The notes below the pieces were generated by a model, which had not been told where the DNA came from, searched no databases, and saw only the letters and a program-made list of their open reading frames with translations. The position numbers were made by a program, and so were the translations under genes. From a virus: DNA of 64,000 nucleotides. The stretch is taken from IMG/VR virus record IMGVR_UViG_3300037225_001188, positions 66,794-130,793 of that record, one strand, 5' to 3'. Position 1 is the stretch's first letter; every line of letters begins with the position of its first letter. Of this stretch, positions 54,029 to 64,000 are shown in pieces.

Positions 54029-56869
54029 ATGGCGGCACAGGTGATCATCTACGACCTCGCGGGGCGCCTCAGCGTCCAGGGCGCCGACGTCGCGGCGCGC
54101 GAGCTGGGGAAGGTCAACCAGGCCACCAAGTCCGTCAAGGATGGCTTCAAGAGCCTCGGCGCGGTTGGTGGCCACCTCGCCCACGCCGCCACCGGCGTCG
54201 CCGCCATCGGCATCGGGTTCGCCGCCACGCTCGGCAAGATGGCGCACAGCGCCATGGAGTTCGAGCAGAAGATGGCCTACGTCGGCGCCCTCGTGGGCGG
54301 GAAGCACACCGATGACTTCAAGGCCATGGAGAAGGCTGCCAGGGAGATGGGGCTGACGTCGTACGTCTCCTCGACCAAGGCGGCCGAGGCGCTGTACGAG
54401 ATCAAGAAGGCCGGCTTCTCGGCCAGCGATTCGATCAACTTCCTCCGCCCGGCGCTCGCGCTCTCCACCCTCGAGCAGCTCAAGGTCGAGGAGTCGGCCG
54501 GCATCGCCGCCAGCGCCATCCGCAGCTTCGGGCTCGAGGCCAAGCGCTCCGGCGAGGTCGTCGACGCGATGGCCTTCGTGTCGAAGAACACGGCGGCCGG
54601 GATCAAGAACCTCGGCGACGGCATGCGGTACTCGTCGACGACGGCCCGCCTCCTCGGTATGGACTACAAGGACGTCCTGCTGTACCTGGGGCTCCTCAAC
54701 AACGCCAACATGAAGGGGTCGGTCGCCGGCACGACCCTGAACTCGATGCTGCTGCGCCTGTCGGGCGCGTCGATCCGCGGTTCGAAGTCGCTCAAGCAGC
54801 TCGGCATCGACATGACGTACGCCAAGGACACCACCGACGAGTTCGGGGTGGGCCACGGGAAGGGGGCGACGAAGTCTGCGGTCACCCTCATCTACGAGAT
54901 GGGCAAGAAGTACAAGGAACTCAGCGAGAAGGCCGGCGTCGGTCAGGTCGGGGCGACGAAGGTGTTCATGCGCTCCCTCGGCCAGGTCGGCGGCAAGGCG
55001 GTCGCGGCCTCGTTCGAAGCCACCGCATACCCTGAGATGATGAAGCGCCTCAAGGAGCTGTACGACCCATCGCATCTCAAGGGCTTCGCTGAGACGCTGG
55101 CGGCGCGTCGCTTCGAAAGCACGCTGGGCACTGTCGAGCTGCTCAAGAACTCCTTCTCGTCGCTGAGCATCGAATTGTCGAAGTCGAACCTCTTCGGCGG
55201 GTTCTTCACCGACAAGCTCAACAAGATGCTCGGAGTGATGCGTCTGGCCGCGTCGGCTGCTGGCGGTTACCAGTCGGCCGGGCGCGACACCATCATGAAG
55301 GTGTTCGGCATCAGCGAAGAAACGGCAGGGAAAGTCGAGAAGGTAGTCACCGGCATCAAGCGCGGCATCAGCGAGTCGATGTCGTTCGTCGAGAGGATGT
55401 ACCGCAAGGCGGCCGAGTTCCTGAAGAAGAACGCCGGCATCGGCGACCTTGAGCAGATTGCTGCGACAGCGACCAAGGTGGTGCTCGCGCTTGCCGCGGC
55501 CGGCCCAGCCATCTTCGCGGTCGCCCCGGCGATATGGGCAGTAACCGGGGGTCTCAAAGCACTCTACTCCGCAGCCGGCGCGCTGACCGGGTCTGGCGGC
55601 GTCCTCGCACTCGTCGGAACCGGCACGCTTGCGCTGTCCGGGTACACGAAGGGACAGACCTTCACCGAGGACATGGTCTCCGGGTTCAAGCGGATGTCGA
55701 AGGAGGGGTCCGGCTTCCTCAGCCTTCTGGCGAAGATCGCCAAGCATCTTGGACCCGGTGGAACGCTCGCGGTCGTCGTCGGCCTTTCGAACGCAAGGAA
55801 GATCGCGGGCGGCGCGCTCTCCGCCTGGGGCGCGGCGAAGAGCGGTCTGGCCGGGACGGTCGCCGGAGCAGTCGGGGCTTCCATCTCAGGCGCCCTCCCG
55901 GTGCAGGTCATGAACTGGCCTGCCGGAATCGGTATCGGCGGCGCTGGATCTCTCTTGAGCGCCACCGTGCCGGCCGGCGCGGCAAACGCGACGGCAACCG
56001 CTGGGATGTGGGCGACGGCGAACGGGCCGATGTCGATCAACACGGCGTCGTTCAAGAGCGTCGTCATGTCGGGTGCGTCCATCGCGGTCCCGGTCGGGAT
56101 CTCTGCTGCCCTCGGGTACACGTTCGGCGAGTGGCTGAACAAGCAGCTCAGCATTGACGACGCGATCGTCAAGTTCTTGACCGGGAGCAGGGTCGGAAGC
56201 TCGAACGGTTCCGATGAGGGTGGGGTCGGCGCCGTCGGAGACGAGACCTTCACCAAGTTCAGGAAGGCCGGCTACGCTGACGACACCGCCAGCGCCGCAT
56301 CGTCCTACTTCAGGAAGAAGAAGGCGTGGGAGAATCGCGGCGCTGTCGGGAGGTTCGTCGGCTCGATCGGGTCAGAGTTCGGCGTCAAAAACGATCGCGA
56401 CGAGGCGATGGGCGAGTATGCGAGGTACAGGGCCCTCCGCGCGCGAGATGAGGCGAGAGGGGTCTCCCCGAGAGGCTCAGCTCCGAACGCCGACAGGGGC
56501 GTAGGGGCTGCGACCCCTGAAGAGATACAGACCGAGCTGGCGCGAGTTATGGGACGCCTCACGAGCGTGTCCACGAAAGACAAGTCGTTCGAGACGCAGA
56601 AGGAGAAGATGCAGGACATGGCGGAGGAGAGGGCCCTCCGCGCTAGGATGAATGCATTGCTGGAGAAGCTTGCTCTCGCAAAGAACATCGAAGGCGTCGC
56701 AAGAGAACTCGTGATTCATCAGACGATAGAACTCTCCGGAGACGTTCTTCACAAGGGAATAGAGCGCTACAACATGAGCAACGCCGCCAGGGGCGGGGCC
56801 GGGGTCGGCTCCGGCCCGGCGACCAACGTGGCCGGCGACAGCGTCGGCTACGGCGTGATGTCGGAGTAG
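54029..56869 (+). CDS. tape measure protein (TP901-type core)
   Basis: FEQKMA.V; AREMG; AAEALY....AG; KGSVAGT.L; 946 aa. Confidence 0.95.
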   Translation: MAAQVIIYDLAGRLSVQGADVAARELGKVNQATKSVKDGFKSLGAVGGHLAHAATGVAAIGIGFAATLGKMAHSAMEFEQKMAYVGALVGGKHTDDFKAMEKAAREMGLTSYVSSTKAAEALYEIKKAGFSASDSINFLRPALALSTLEQLKVEESAGIAASAIRSFGLEAKRSGEVVDAMAFVSKNTAAGIKNLGDGMRYSSTTARLLGMDYKDVLLYLGLLNNANMKGSVAGTTLNSMLLRLSGASIRGSKSLKQLGIDMTYAKDTTDEFGVGHGKGATKSAVTLIYEMGKKYKELSEKAGVGQVGATKVFMRSLGQVGGKAVAASFEATAYPEMMKRLKELYDPSHLKGFAETLAARRFESTLGTVELLKNSFSSLSIELSKSNLFGGFFTDKLNKMLGVMRLAASAAGGYQSAGRDTIMKVFGISEETAGKVEKVVTGIKRGISESMSFVERMYRKAAEFLKKNAGIGDLEQIAATATKVVLALAAAGPAIFAVAPAIWAVTGGLKALYSAAGALTGSGGVLALVGTGTLALSGYTKGQTFTEDMVSGFKRMSKEGSGFLSLLAKIAKHLGPGGTLAVVVGLSNARKIAGGALSAWGAAKSGLAGTVAGAVGASISGALPVQVMNWPAGIGIGGAGSLLSATVPAGAANATATAGMWATANGPMSINTASFKSVVMSGASIAVPVGISAALGYTFGEWLNKQLSIDDAIVKFLTGSRVGSSNGSDEGGVGAVGDETFTKFRKAGYADDTASAASSYFRKKKAWENRGAVGRFVGSIGSEFGVKNDRDEAMGEYARYRALRARDEARGVSPRGSAPNADRGVGAATPEEIQTELARVMGRLTSVSTKDKSFETQKEKMQDMAEERALRARMNALLEKLALAKNIEGVARELVIHQTIELSGDVLHKGIERYNMSNAARGGAGVGSGPATNVAGDSVGYGVMSE

Positions 56870-56873
56870 GACC

Positions 56874-57875
56874 ATGCCAGATAACAAAACAGGTACTGGC
56901 GTCAAAGAAGGAACCGACTTCAACACCGGGCTCCCGACCGGGCTCCCGGCGGCAGGCGGGCCGGCAACCCCCGGCGGCGGCCCGACCGATAAGGACCTGA
57001 GCGGCGGCGGGGGCGGCGGCGTCTCGTACCCCAACCAGCTCGGCGGCAAGGGGCAGAGCAGCTACTGGAAGACCCCGGGCGACGTCGGCGCGGCCGGCAT
57101 CGGCGCCGGCGGCAACAAGCCGCGCTCGAAGCCGCAGATGTGGGTCATCTCGAGCGATGAGATCCAGGTCACGGTCACCGGGCAGTTCCCGGTCGACGAC
57201 CTGCAACTCAACACGATCGGCGGCAACTACGCGGAGATCACGAGCGTCAACCAGCAGAACCCGATCTCGCAGTGGATCCGCGGGCAGCTCGAGACTGTCA
57301 CTCTGACGTCGGAGTTCTTCGCCCAGCACTCGCAGGAAGACGTCGTCGACAAGTTCGACCACCTGCTGATGCTGACCAGGAGGGACGACTACTTCTTCCG
57401 CCCCCCGACGTGCGTCTTCACCTTCGGGACGAAGCTCTCCCGACAGTGCCAGCTAGAGCATGTCTCGAACATCGCCTACGGGCCCCTGCGGCCTGACGGC
57501 ACGCCGCAGCGCATCCGCTTCACGATGACGCTGCGCAATTACGACCCGAGCGTCGTCCAGCCGACCGACCCGACGAACGTCGTGAAGCAGAGCCGCATGC
57601 GGGCGGCGAAGACCGGCGACACCTACGAGTCCATCGCGGCCGACGAGTACCGCGGGAACGCCATGGCCGGGGAGTACCTGCGGCGCTGGCTGCGCTACCA
57701 CCCCGACCTGGTCGAGGGCGACAAGGTCCACATCCTCACTCAGGACTACATAGCCCAGCAGGGACCGGTGTACCCGCAGTCGCCGCTCCTGTTCGCGATG
57801 ACGGCGTATCAGAAGTTCTCCGCGGCCCTGTTCGACGCGAGGTCAGGCTCGCTGACGGTGACGTCGCGTGGCTAA
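56874..57875 (+). CDS. tube-initiator/LysM-like baseplate protein
   Basis: PP.C.F.FG...DGTP; LysM-like KTGDTYESIA..EY. Confidence 0.8.
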   Translation: MPDNKTGTGVKEGTDFNTGLPTGLPAAGGPATPGGGPTDKDLSGGGGGGVSYPNQLGGKGQSSYWKTPGDVGAAGIGAGGNKPRSKPQMWVISSDEIQVTVTGQFPVDDLQLNTIGGNYAEITSVNQQNPISQWIRGQLETVTLTSEFFAQHSQEDVVDKFDHLLMLTRRDDYFFRPPTCVFTFGTKLSRQCQLEHVSNIAYGPLRPDGTPQRIRFTMTLRNYDPSVVQPTDPTNVVKQSRMRAAKTGDTYESIAADEYRGNAMAGEYLRRWLRYHPDLVEGDKVHILTQDYIAQQGPVYPQSPLLFAMTAYQKFSAALFDARSGSLTVTSRG

Positions 57876-59364
57876 GGCTGCCAACCCCAACACCACCGTC
57901 AGCCCGGCCCACGGCAACGTCCAGGGCACGGGCGGCGGGTTCGGCTACAAGAACGTCGGGCTTGGCAGCAAGGACAACCCGTACGGCCAGTTCATCGACG
58001 GCAACAGCTTCAGCTCACTGACGGCGGGCACGAGGTACGACTTCATCGCTCCGCGCTACCTAATCCTCGTGAATGACACGAAGCTCCAGGACGACATCGC
58101 AGCCCGCATCCGCGACATCCACGTGGACTTCGACGTCGACAAGGCGACGGAGATCAAGATCTCCGCCCACGACCACGACGGCAAGCTGCGCGACTACAAG
58201 TACCTCGCGCCCGGAAGCCTCATCCACGTGTGGGTTGGGTACGGCGCGGCGCTCGAGTACCTCGCCAGCGGGGAGATCGTGAAGTGGACTCCTGGGTACC
58301 CGAAGGACGGGCCACCCACGATCGAGGTCTGCGCCTACGACGGGTCGCATGCGAACATGGACCGCCAGGGGCACAAGGACGGGTCGACGATGAAGAGCGT
58401 GCGCGACTCGAAGGTGGTCACGCACAAGATCACCGAGCACATGGGGCACATCGCCGACGTCGACGAGACCGACAAGATCATCTCGCGCCTCCAGCGCAAG
58501 GGCATCTCCGACTACCAGTTCGTGAAGCGCCTCGCGCTGCTCAACGACTTCTATTACTGGTGCGACTTCGACATTAAGAACAAGAAGTGGGTCGGCCACT
58601 TCCGCGACAAGCGCAGCCTCCGCAAGCAGCAGGAGGCGATGTACTCGTTCATCTACGGGATGGATAACGCGGTCAGTCTCATCGACTTCAAGCTCGACTT
58701 CACGATGCGCGGGATGTCGACCGACATCGAGGTCGTGTCCTGGGACAACGACCTGAAGAAGCCCATCAACGCGGTCATCAAGGAGACCGAGGGCATCTAC
58801 ACCGACCACGCCGGCGGCCGCGGCGGCGCCAACCCGTCTGAGCGACAGAAGAAGCAGCGCAAGGCGTCGATCTTCGTCCACAAGCAGAACAACGAGAACA
58901 CGTACCAGGCGCTCGGGCAGTACCTCCACCAGAACACGCTGATGGAGGACAGCTCGTTCACCGACCTCGAGAAGTTCCCGGCCCCGGCCAAGGGGACGAT
59001 GCTCACGTTCACCTGCTTTGGCCAGCGCATCTTCGTCGTCGCCGACAAGCCGTTCAAGAACCAGAAGGACGCGGCCGGCTGGGCGACGCGGTTCATGAAG
59101 GCGCGCCTGGAGAACTTCATCCACGGCAACGGGACCGTGGTGGGGACGCCGAACCTGCGACCGCGGCAGATCCACTACCTCGGGACCGGCGACCACTTCG
59201 GCGGGCGCTGGGAGTTCACCAAGGTCACGCACAAGATCTTGACCAACGGTCCGTACGAGGTCGACTTCGAGGCCCGCCGCATGTACGAGCCGACGGACCC
59301 GAAGGCGAACCAGGCGAAGGACGTCCCGGTCGTCCCGCGGTACCTCATGAAGGGAGACCGCTGA
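57868..59364 (+). CDS. baseplate hub (gpD/late control D-like)
   Basis: Q...SDYQFVKRLA; G.P.LRP; FGGRW....VTH. Confidence 0.88.
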   Translation: MAKAANPNTTVSPAHGNVQGTGGGFGYKNVGLGSKDNPYGQFIDGNSFSSLTAGTRYDFIAPRYLILVNDTKLQDDIAARIRDIHVDFDVDKATEIKISAHDHDGKLRDYKYLAPGSLIHVWVGYGAALEYLASGEIVKWTPGYPKDGPPTIEVCAYDGSHANMDRQGHKDGSTMKSVRDSKVVTHKITEHMGHIADVDETDKIISRLQRKGISDYQFVKRLALLNDFYYWCDFDIKNKKWVGHFRDKRSLRKQQEAMYSFIYGMDNAVSLIDFKLDFTMRGMSTDIEVVSWDNDLKKPINAVIKETEGIYTDHAGGRGGANPSERQKKQRKASIFVHKQNNENTYQALGQYLHQNTLMEDSSFTDLEKFPAPAKGTMLTFTCFGQRIFVVADKPFKNQKDAAGWATRFMKARLENFIHGNGTVVGTPNLRPRQIHYLGTGDHFGGRWEFTKVTHKILTNGPYEVDFEARRMYEPTDPKANQAKDVPVVPRYLMKGDR

Positions 59365-59993
59365 TGAGCGGCGCCTTCTACGAGGTCCACACGGGGACCG
59401 TGACGAACATCAAGGACCCGGAGAAGCGCGGGCGCCTGATGGTCAAGCTGCCGACCCTGTTCGAGGACGACTATCCCGACTGGGTCGACCCGTGCTTCCC
59501 GTTCGCCGGCTCGAACTGCGGCTTCTTCGCGCTCCCGCAGGTCGGGGTGGCGATCGAGTGCGAGGTACACCGCGGGAGCGGCCCTGACGCCTCGATCGAC
59601 ACGCCGAGCTGCAAGTGGCGCGGGGCGCTCTACAACCGCGTCGACCAGATCCCAGAGGAGTTCCGCGAGCGCTACCCGTTCTGCCTCGGGTTCAAGAGCC
59701 CGGCCGGGCACATCTTGATGTTCGACGACAGCGAGGGGAAGGAGTTCCTCCTCCTCAGCCACGCGAAGAAGCAGAAGACCCTGCTCTGCTTCGACCGGAA
59801 CGGCAGCGTGGCCCTGCACTGCGAGGCAGCCTCGGGCGCCGTATTCGGGATCGAGTTGGACGCGACCCGCGGGATGGTGCAGGTCTCAGGCAACGCGATG
59901 GTCGAGATCAAAGCCAAGGGCCACGTCTCCATCGACGCCCCCGCGGTCACCATCTGCGGCCGCCCGGTGGCCCACAATGGGGAGCCCCTCTGA
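59364..59993 (+). CDS. baseplate spike (gpV/Vgr OB-fold)
   Basis: GTVTNIKDPEKRGRL; G.F.LPQVG; KSPAGH...FDD. Confidence 0.92.
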   Translation: MSGAFYEVHTGTVTNIKDPEKRGRLMVKLPTLFEDDYPDWVDPCFPFAGSNCGFFALPQVGVAIECEVHRGSGPDASIDTPSCKWRGALYNRVDQIPEEFRERYPFCLGFKSPAGHILMFDDSEGKEFLLLSHAKKQKTLLCFDRNGSVALHCEAASGAVFGIELDATRGMVQVSGNAMVEIKAKGHVSIDAPAVTICGRPVAHNGEPL

Positions 59994-60760
59994 TGGCCGA
60001 TCGCGGTGAGTACAAGGTCGAGCTGACTCCGTCGCTGCCGCCGGCCATGCCGTCGCTCGGCCCGGGAGGGCCGACGTCGTTCAAGGTCAACTACCCGGGC
60101 GGCGTCCAGATCGGCGCGTCGCCGCAGCAGTCGCCGACGAGCGACTGCCGGGTCATCATCAACAACCTCCTCCCGAGCATCACCATCATGCTCGGGCCGC
60201 TCGGCTTCCTCTTCTGCGTCCTGAACGTGGTGATGAAGATCATCGACTGCGTGAAGGCCGTCCCGGACTGCATCACCCAGCTCAGCCCGACGCCGCTCAC
60301 CGACGCGCTGAAGTACCTCGCGCTGGCGGTCATCTGCCTCGCGAAGTTGATCCCGCAGATCAGCATGCTGTACATGATCAGCGACATCCTGAAGATCATC
60401 ATCGCCTTCTTCGACTGCCTCATCTCGGCGCTGGCGTCGCTCCAGGCGATCTACCGGCAGCTCGCTGAGGCGGTGAACAGCGCCGGAAAAGACACCGGGC
60501 TCAAGACCCAGCTGGCATCGGCGCAGGCCCAGACGGACGTCATGGTCAGCCAGACGATCACCATGACGAACCCGCTGGTGCCGCTCTTCGACGTGCTCAA
60601 CCTGTTCCTCCCGCTGTTCGGAGCGTCGAAGATCGACTTTACCGTGCCTGACCCGCAGCACATGCCGCTCGACGTCATCATCACGACGTTCTCGCAGATC
60701 CGCGAGACGCTCGCGCAGGTCAAGACGCTGCTCGACTCGATCATCTCGGGCGGGAGCTAG
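59993..60760 (+). CDS. hydrophobic helical protein in the baseplate operon
   Basis: TGATG-coupled; long I/L/C-rich helices. Confidence 0.7.
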   Translation: MADRGEYKVELTPSLPPAMPSLGPGGPTSFKVNYPGGVQIGASPQQSPTSDCRVIINNLLPSITIMLGPLGFLFCVLNVVMKIIDCVKAVPDCITQLSPTPLTDALKYLALAVICLAKLIPQISMLYMISDILKIIIAFFDCLISALASLQAIYRQLAEAVNSAGKDTGLKTQLASAQAQTDVMVSQTITMTNPLVPLFDVLNLFLPLFGASKIDFTVPDPQHMPLDVIITTFSQIRETLAQVKTLLDSIISGGS

Positions 60761-60770
60761 GAACACGCCG

Positions 60771-61160
60771 ATGGAAACTGGGCTCGCCTCTCCGCTTGCC
60801 GTCACCTCCAAGGGCACGGCCGTGGTCCTCACCGGCAGCGACCTCATCAAGCAGCTGCTCTTCACCGCGCTGCGCGACTGCTCGTCCGGGAACCCGTTCC
60901 AGCAGCTCGGCGTCAGCGACGAGAACATCTTCTCCATCAGCGACGCCCAGTCGATCGCGAAGCTGCGCCTGGCGGTGCAGCGGGTCTTCGCCAGGTTCGA
61001 GGTTCAGAGCCTCGCCCGGCTGGTCCCCGGGGATACTGGCCTCGTGTTCTCGAAGAGCGCGGAGGGGGCCGTCGACGTCCAGGTGAAGTATGTTGACCTG
61101 GAGACCGACAAGCCTGAGACTGTCAACGCGAGCTACTCGTCAGCCGGCGGGTGGAGGTAA
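60771..61160 (+). CDS. baseplate wedge gp25/GpW-like
   Basis: 129 aa; IKQ.L...L; FE..R; V.V.Y...T; precedes baseplate J. Confidence 0.75.
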   Translation: METGLASPLAVTSKGTAVVLTGSDLIKQLLFTALRDCSSGNPFQQLGVSDENIFSISDAQSIAKLRLAVQRVFARFEVQSLARLVPGDTGLVFSKSAEGAVDVQVKYVDLETDKPETVNASYSSAGGWR

Positions 61161-61164
61161 GGCA

Positions 61165-63363
61165 GTGGCCGACCAGGTCATCACGGTCCCGGACTTCAAG
61201 TTCACCGGTCAGTACTACGCGCAGATCTTGCAGACGCTGCGGCAGTGGCGCCGCGTCTACGCACCGGAGATCACGTCCGAGGACGACCACGAGCCGTTCG
61301 AGCAGGCCCTCCGCGCCTACGCGCTGGCGAGCCACATCTCGAACGTCCTCTGCGACCAGGTGGCGCTCGAGCACTACCTGCGCACGGCGAAGCTCCTATC
61401 GTCGGTCAGGGACCGGCTGCAGCTCATCGACTACCAGCTGGCCCAGGCGACGCCGGCGGAGGTCGAGGCGCTCATCACGCTGGCGAAGGTCTTCACGACC
61501 CAGACCATGATCATCGGGCCGCCGAGCCAGCACATGGTCCAGTTCGCCACGGAGCAGACCGAGGTCGACAACGAGATCATCTTTGAGTATCTCGACCTGG
61601 CCGACGCCGGCCTGTTCGTCCAGCGCACCGACAAGCTCGGCTGCTGCGTCTGGAGCGAGAGGGCTCATCCAGACGACCCGGACACCCTTCCGCTCATTGA
61701 CGTCACCACCCAGGCCAACGAGGTTGGGGCCGACACCTTCGCCCCGTGGAACACCCCGAAGCGCAACGATGCCATCTACTTCGGCCACGCCGACGTGATG
61801 TTCGACCGCCTCGACCTGACCATCAACACCGGGTCGAGCGGCGTCCAGGGGGTCTGGGAGTACTACGACGACGCTCGGTACAGCGTGAACCCGACGGCCG
61901 TCTCGAACAACGGGTCGACGCTGACGCTCGACCTCACCTCGCTCCTCGGCGGCCTCGACCGCACCGGGGCGGTGGTGCGCGCATGCTACCTCCCGACGGG
62001 GGCCTACGAGGAGGTGATCTCCAAGTTCAGCAACCACAACTACATCGACCTCACCGGCATCATCGGGCAGACGTCGGCCCCGAGCACCGACCCGCAGGAC
62101 TACAGCGTCGGGTGCCAGTGGAGCGTCCTCCCGGAGTACGTCGACGAAACGTCAGACCTGCAGCAGAGCGGCAAGCTGACGTTCGCCCTGCCGCAGACGC
62201 TCAGCTACCACTGGGACCAGACGACCGTCAACGGGTTCACCGGGTACTTCGTCAGGTACCGCATCGTGAAGGTGGTCTCGGCCACGAGCCCGGTGATCGA
62301 CGCGGCCGACCTCAGCAAGGGGGATCAGTACCTGCTGCTCGTCGTCGTGCAGGGGCGCACCGTGTCCGACGAGCCGCTCGGGTCGTCGAACGGAACCGCG
62401 AAGCAGAGCTTCAAGCTGAAGCAGACTCCGCTCATCGACGACACCCTCATCATCGAGGTGAGCAACGTCATCTGGACCCAGGTCGACAATTTCCTCCTGT
62501 CGCGGCCGCAGGACCTGCACTTCAGGGTGTGGTACGACGACGACGGGTACGCGGTGGTCGAGTTCGGCGACGGCATCAACGGCGCCGTCCCGCGGATGGG
62601 CGTCAACAACGTCGCCGCCTACTACCGCATCGGCGGAGACCAGGACGGCAACGTCCCGGTCGACAGCCTCACCTCGAACACCAGCGGCCTGGCGTACGTC
62701 TCCGCGGTCACCAACCCGCGCCCCGGTGATGGGTGGAAGATCAACGACGGCGGCAGCGACGCAGACATGGCGCGCCTCAAGGTGGCCGGCCCGGCATCGC
62801 TCAGGACCATCGGCCGGGCCGTCAACACCGGAGACCTGGAGGCGCTGGCGGTGGCCTACAAGGCAGCCGACGGCTCGAGCCCGGTGGCCCGCGCCTACGC
62901 GGTCGAGGAGGCCTACGGGCCGAAGACCATGGAGGCGATCGTGGTCGGGGCCGGCGGGAACTACCTGCTCTCCAGCCAGATCGCCGAGTTCTCGACGTAC
63001 CTCAACGGGGACCGCACCGCGTCACCCCCGGTGCACGGGGCGATCTTGGCGAACCACCAGGCCGTGGTCACGAACTACCAGAAGCGCCCGATCGACGTGA
63101 CCGCCACGGTGTACGGCGGGAACGAGACCGAGATCAAGAACGCGCTGATGTCCCTGCTGTCGCCGATGAGGCTGAAGGACGACGGCGTGAGCTACCAGTG
63201 GGACCTCGGCGGAGAGGTCCCGATGTCGGTGATCATCGAGATCATCCACGGGACATCGACCACGGTGCGCAAGGTGACGCTATTGAGCCCGACGACCGAC
63301 GTCATGCTGAGGAAGTACGAGCTGCCGCAGCCCGGGACCATCTCGATCATGATCGTCCCGTAG
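61165..63363 (+). CDS. baseplate J-like protein (large form)
   Basis: LIDYQL; SNG.A.Q.F.L; FGDGING.VP; YRIGG...GNV; NP.P..G; RAV...D.E.LA. Confidence 0.92.
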   Translation: MADQVITVPDFKFTGQYYAQILQTLRQWRRVYAPEITSEDDHEPFEQALRAYALASHISNVLCDQVALEHYLRTAKLLSSVRDRLQLIDYQLAQATPAEVEALITLAKVFTTQTMIIGPPSQHMVQFATEQTEVDNEIIFEYLDLADAGLFVQRTDKLGCCVWSERAHPDDPDTLPLIDVTTQANEVGADTFAPWNTPKRNDAIYFGHADVMFDRLDLTINTGSSGVQGVWEYYDDARYSVNPTAVSNNGSTLTLDLTSLLGGLDRTGAVVRACYLPTGAYEEVISKFSNHNYIDLTGIIGQTSAPSTDPQDYSVGCQWSVLPEYVDETSDLQQSGKLTFALPQTLSYHWDQTTVNGFTGYFVRYRIVKVVSATSPVIDAADLSKGDQYLLLVVVQGRTVSDEPLGSSNGTAKQSFKLKQTPLIDDTLIIEVSNVIWTQVDNFLLSRPQDLHFRVWYDDDGYAVVEFGDGINGAVPRMGVNNVAAYYRIGGDQDGNVPVDSLTSNTSGLAYVSAVTNPRPGDGWKINDGGSDADMARLKVAGPASLRTIGRAVNTGDLEALAVAYKAADGSSPVARAYAVEEAYGPKTMEAIVVGAGGNYLLSSQIAEFSTYLNGDRTASPPVHGAILANHQAVVTNYQKRPIDVTATVYGGNETEIKNALMSLLSPMRLKDDGVSYQWDLGGEVPMSVIIEIIHGTSTTVRKVTLLSPTTDVMLRKYELPQPGTISIMIVP

Positions 63364-63494
63364 GCGCAGAAGGTTCCGCCTACGCCCATGGATGATTGCG
63401 CCTCTACTCGTCGACCTAGGCGAACAAGTGCGGTCGCTGAAGTGGGAACTAAACCGTGCTCACTTGTGGGCACACATTAGAAAGCAGACCGACG

Positions 63495-64000
63495 ATGTCA
63501 CTCCCAGACCTCCCGTGGGGAACTACGTACCCGGCCGAGCAGGACACGGTCGGCAGCGAGCAGCCTGACCTCCGCAACGAGAGCCACCCCAAGGCCGGCG
63601 ACGGGAACAACTTCCTCGTCGAGCACGTGCACGCGCTGAGAGACAAGGCGCAGGCGATCGCGCTGAAGGTCGGAGACGACTCGAACCTCCCGGCCGGCTC
63701 GCTACTCGCCCGGGTCGCCGCGCTTGAGCTTGAGCTTGAGCTGGCCAGCAACGCCGGGTGGGATCGAGCCTACCTCGCCAGAGCGGTCGCGAAGACCGGG
63801 ATCCCAATGAAGGAGATCGGCTGCTACTTCGACGAGTTCGACGGGGGCGAAGAAGACCGCTGGATCCCCAGCAAGCACGGCGCCGTCGGGCACGTCGAGA
63901 CGCTCGGTGGCGGCCTCATGAAGCTCCACGCCGCGGCTGACAGCGAATGCAACCTCGGGCTCTACGGCTACCCCGTGGGGCGCCTGCTCGTGGACATGGA
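63495..64000 (+). CDS. putative tail fibre/structural protein (runs off window)
   Basis: open frame from ATG 63495: T.YP...D...H.HAL.D...AI..KVG. Confidence 0.55.
   Translation, partial: MSLPDLPWGTTYPAEQDTVGSEQPDLRNESHPKAGDGNNFLVEHVHALRDKAQAIALKVGDDSNLPAGSLLARVAALELELELASNAGWDRAYLARAVAKTGIPMKEIGCYFDEFDGGEEDRWIPSKHGAVGHVETLGGGLMKLHAAADSECNLGLYGYPVGRLLVDM

Noticed and set aside
29430-62037. Many long minus-strand ORFs opposite structural genes
   Set aside because: Expected antisense ORFs in high-GC3 sequence; the plus-strand proteins carry the recognisable motifs
27747-63363. Stop-codon reassignment
   Set aside because: Structural genes are full length in the standard code and end in TAG, TGA and TAA
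1-64000. Canonical CRISPR array or cas operon accompanying the Cas7-like gene
   Set aside because: No 25-40-bp repeats with unique spacers in register, and no other cas genes recognised

Overview
A high-GC, gene-dense fragment of a tailed phage genome with a contractile tail (myovirus-like). No host housekeeping genes, rRNA or canonical CRISPR array are visible. Layout: (1) 1-3400: a few leftward genes and a compositionally odd, CTAG-rich, repeat-bearing non-coding zone. (2) 3400-22900: a rightward accessory region with a serine recombinase, ATP-dependent DNA ligase, a solitary Cas7/RAMP-like gene preceded by a 5-nt periodic GGY-NN array, a YkgJ-type Cys-cluster protein, ParB-like protein, RHH regulators, a TnpB remnant, low-complexity repeat proteins, a PD-(D/E)XK nuclease and many small genes joined by repeated boundary sequences. 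(3) 22950-27700: three leftward fibre/adhesin-like genes, one with 7 x 123-bp propeller repeats. (4) 27750-64000: a morphogenesis module with terminases, portal, MuF-like protein, a 1071-aa XkdF-type protease fused to a ferritin-like domain, scaffold, major capsid, a six-gene glycosyl/methyltransferase block, neck, sheath, tube, a frameshifting tail chaperone, tape measure and baseplate. The best candidate for a novel system is the GGY-NN array plus Cas7-like gene at 6902-7591, a possible minimal phage RNA-guided system. All calls come from motif recognition by eye; no searches were run.
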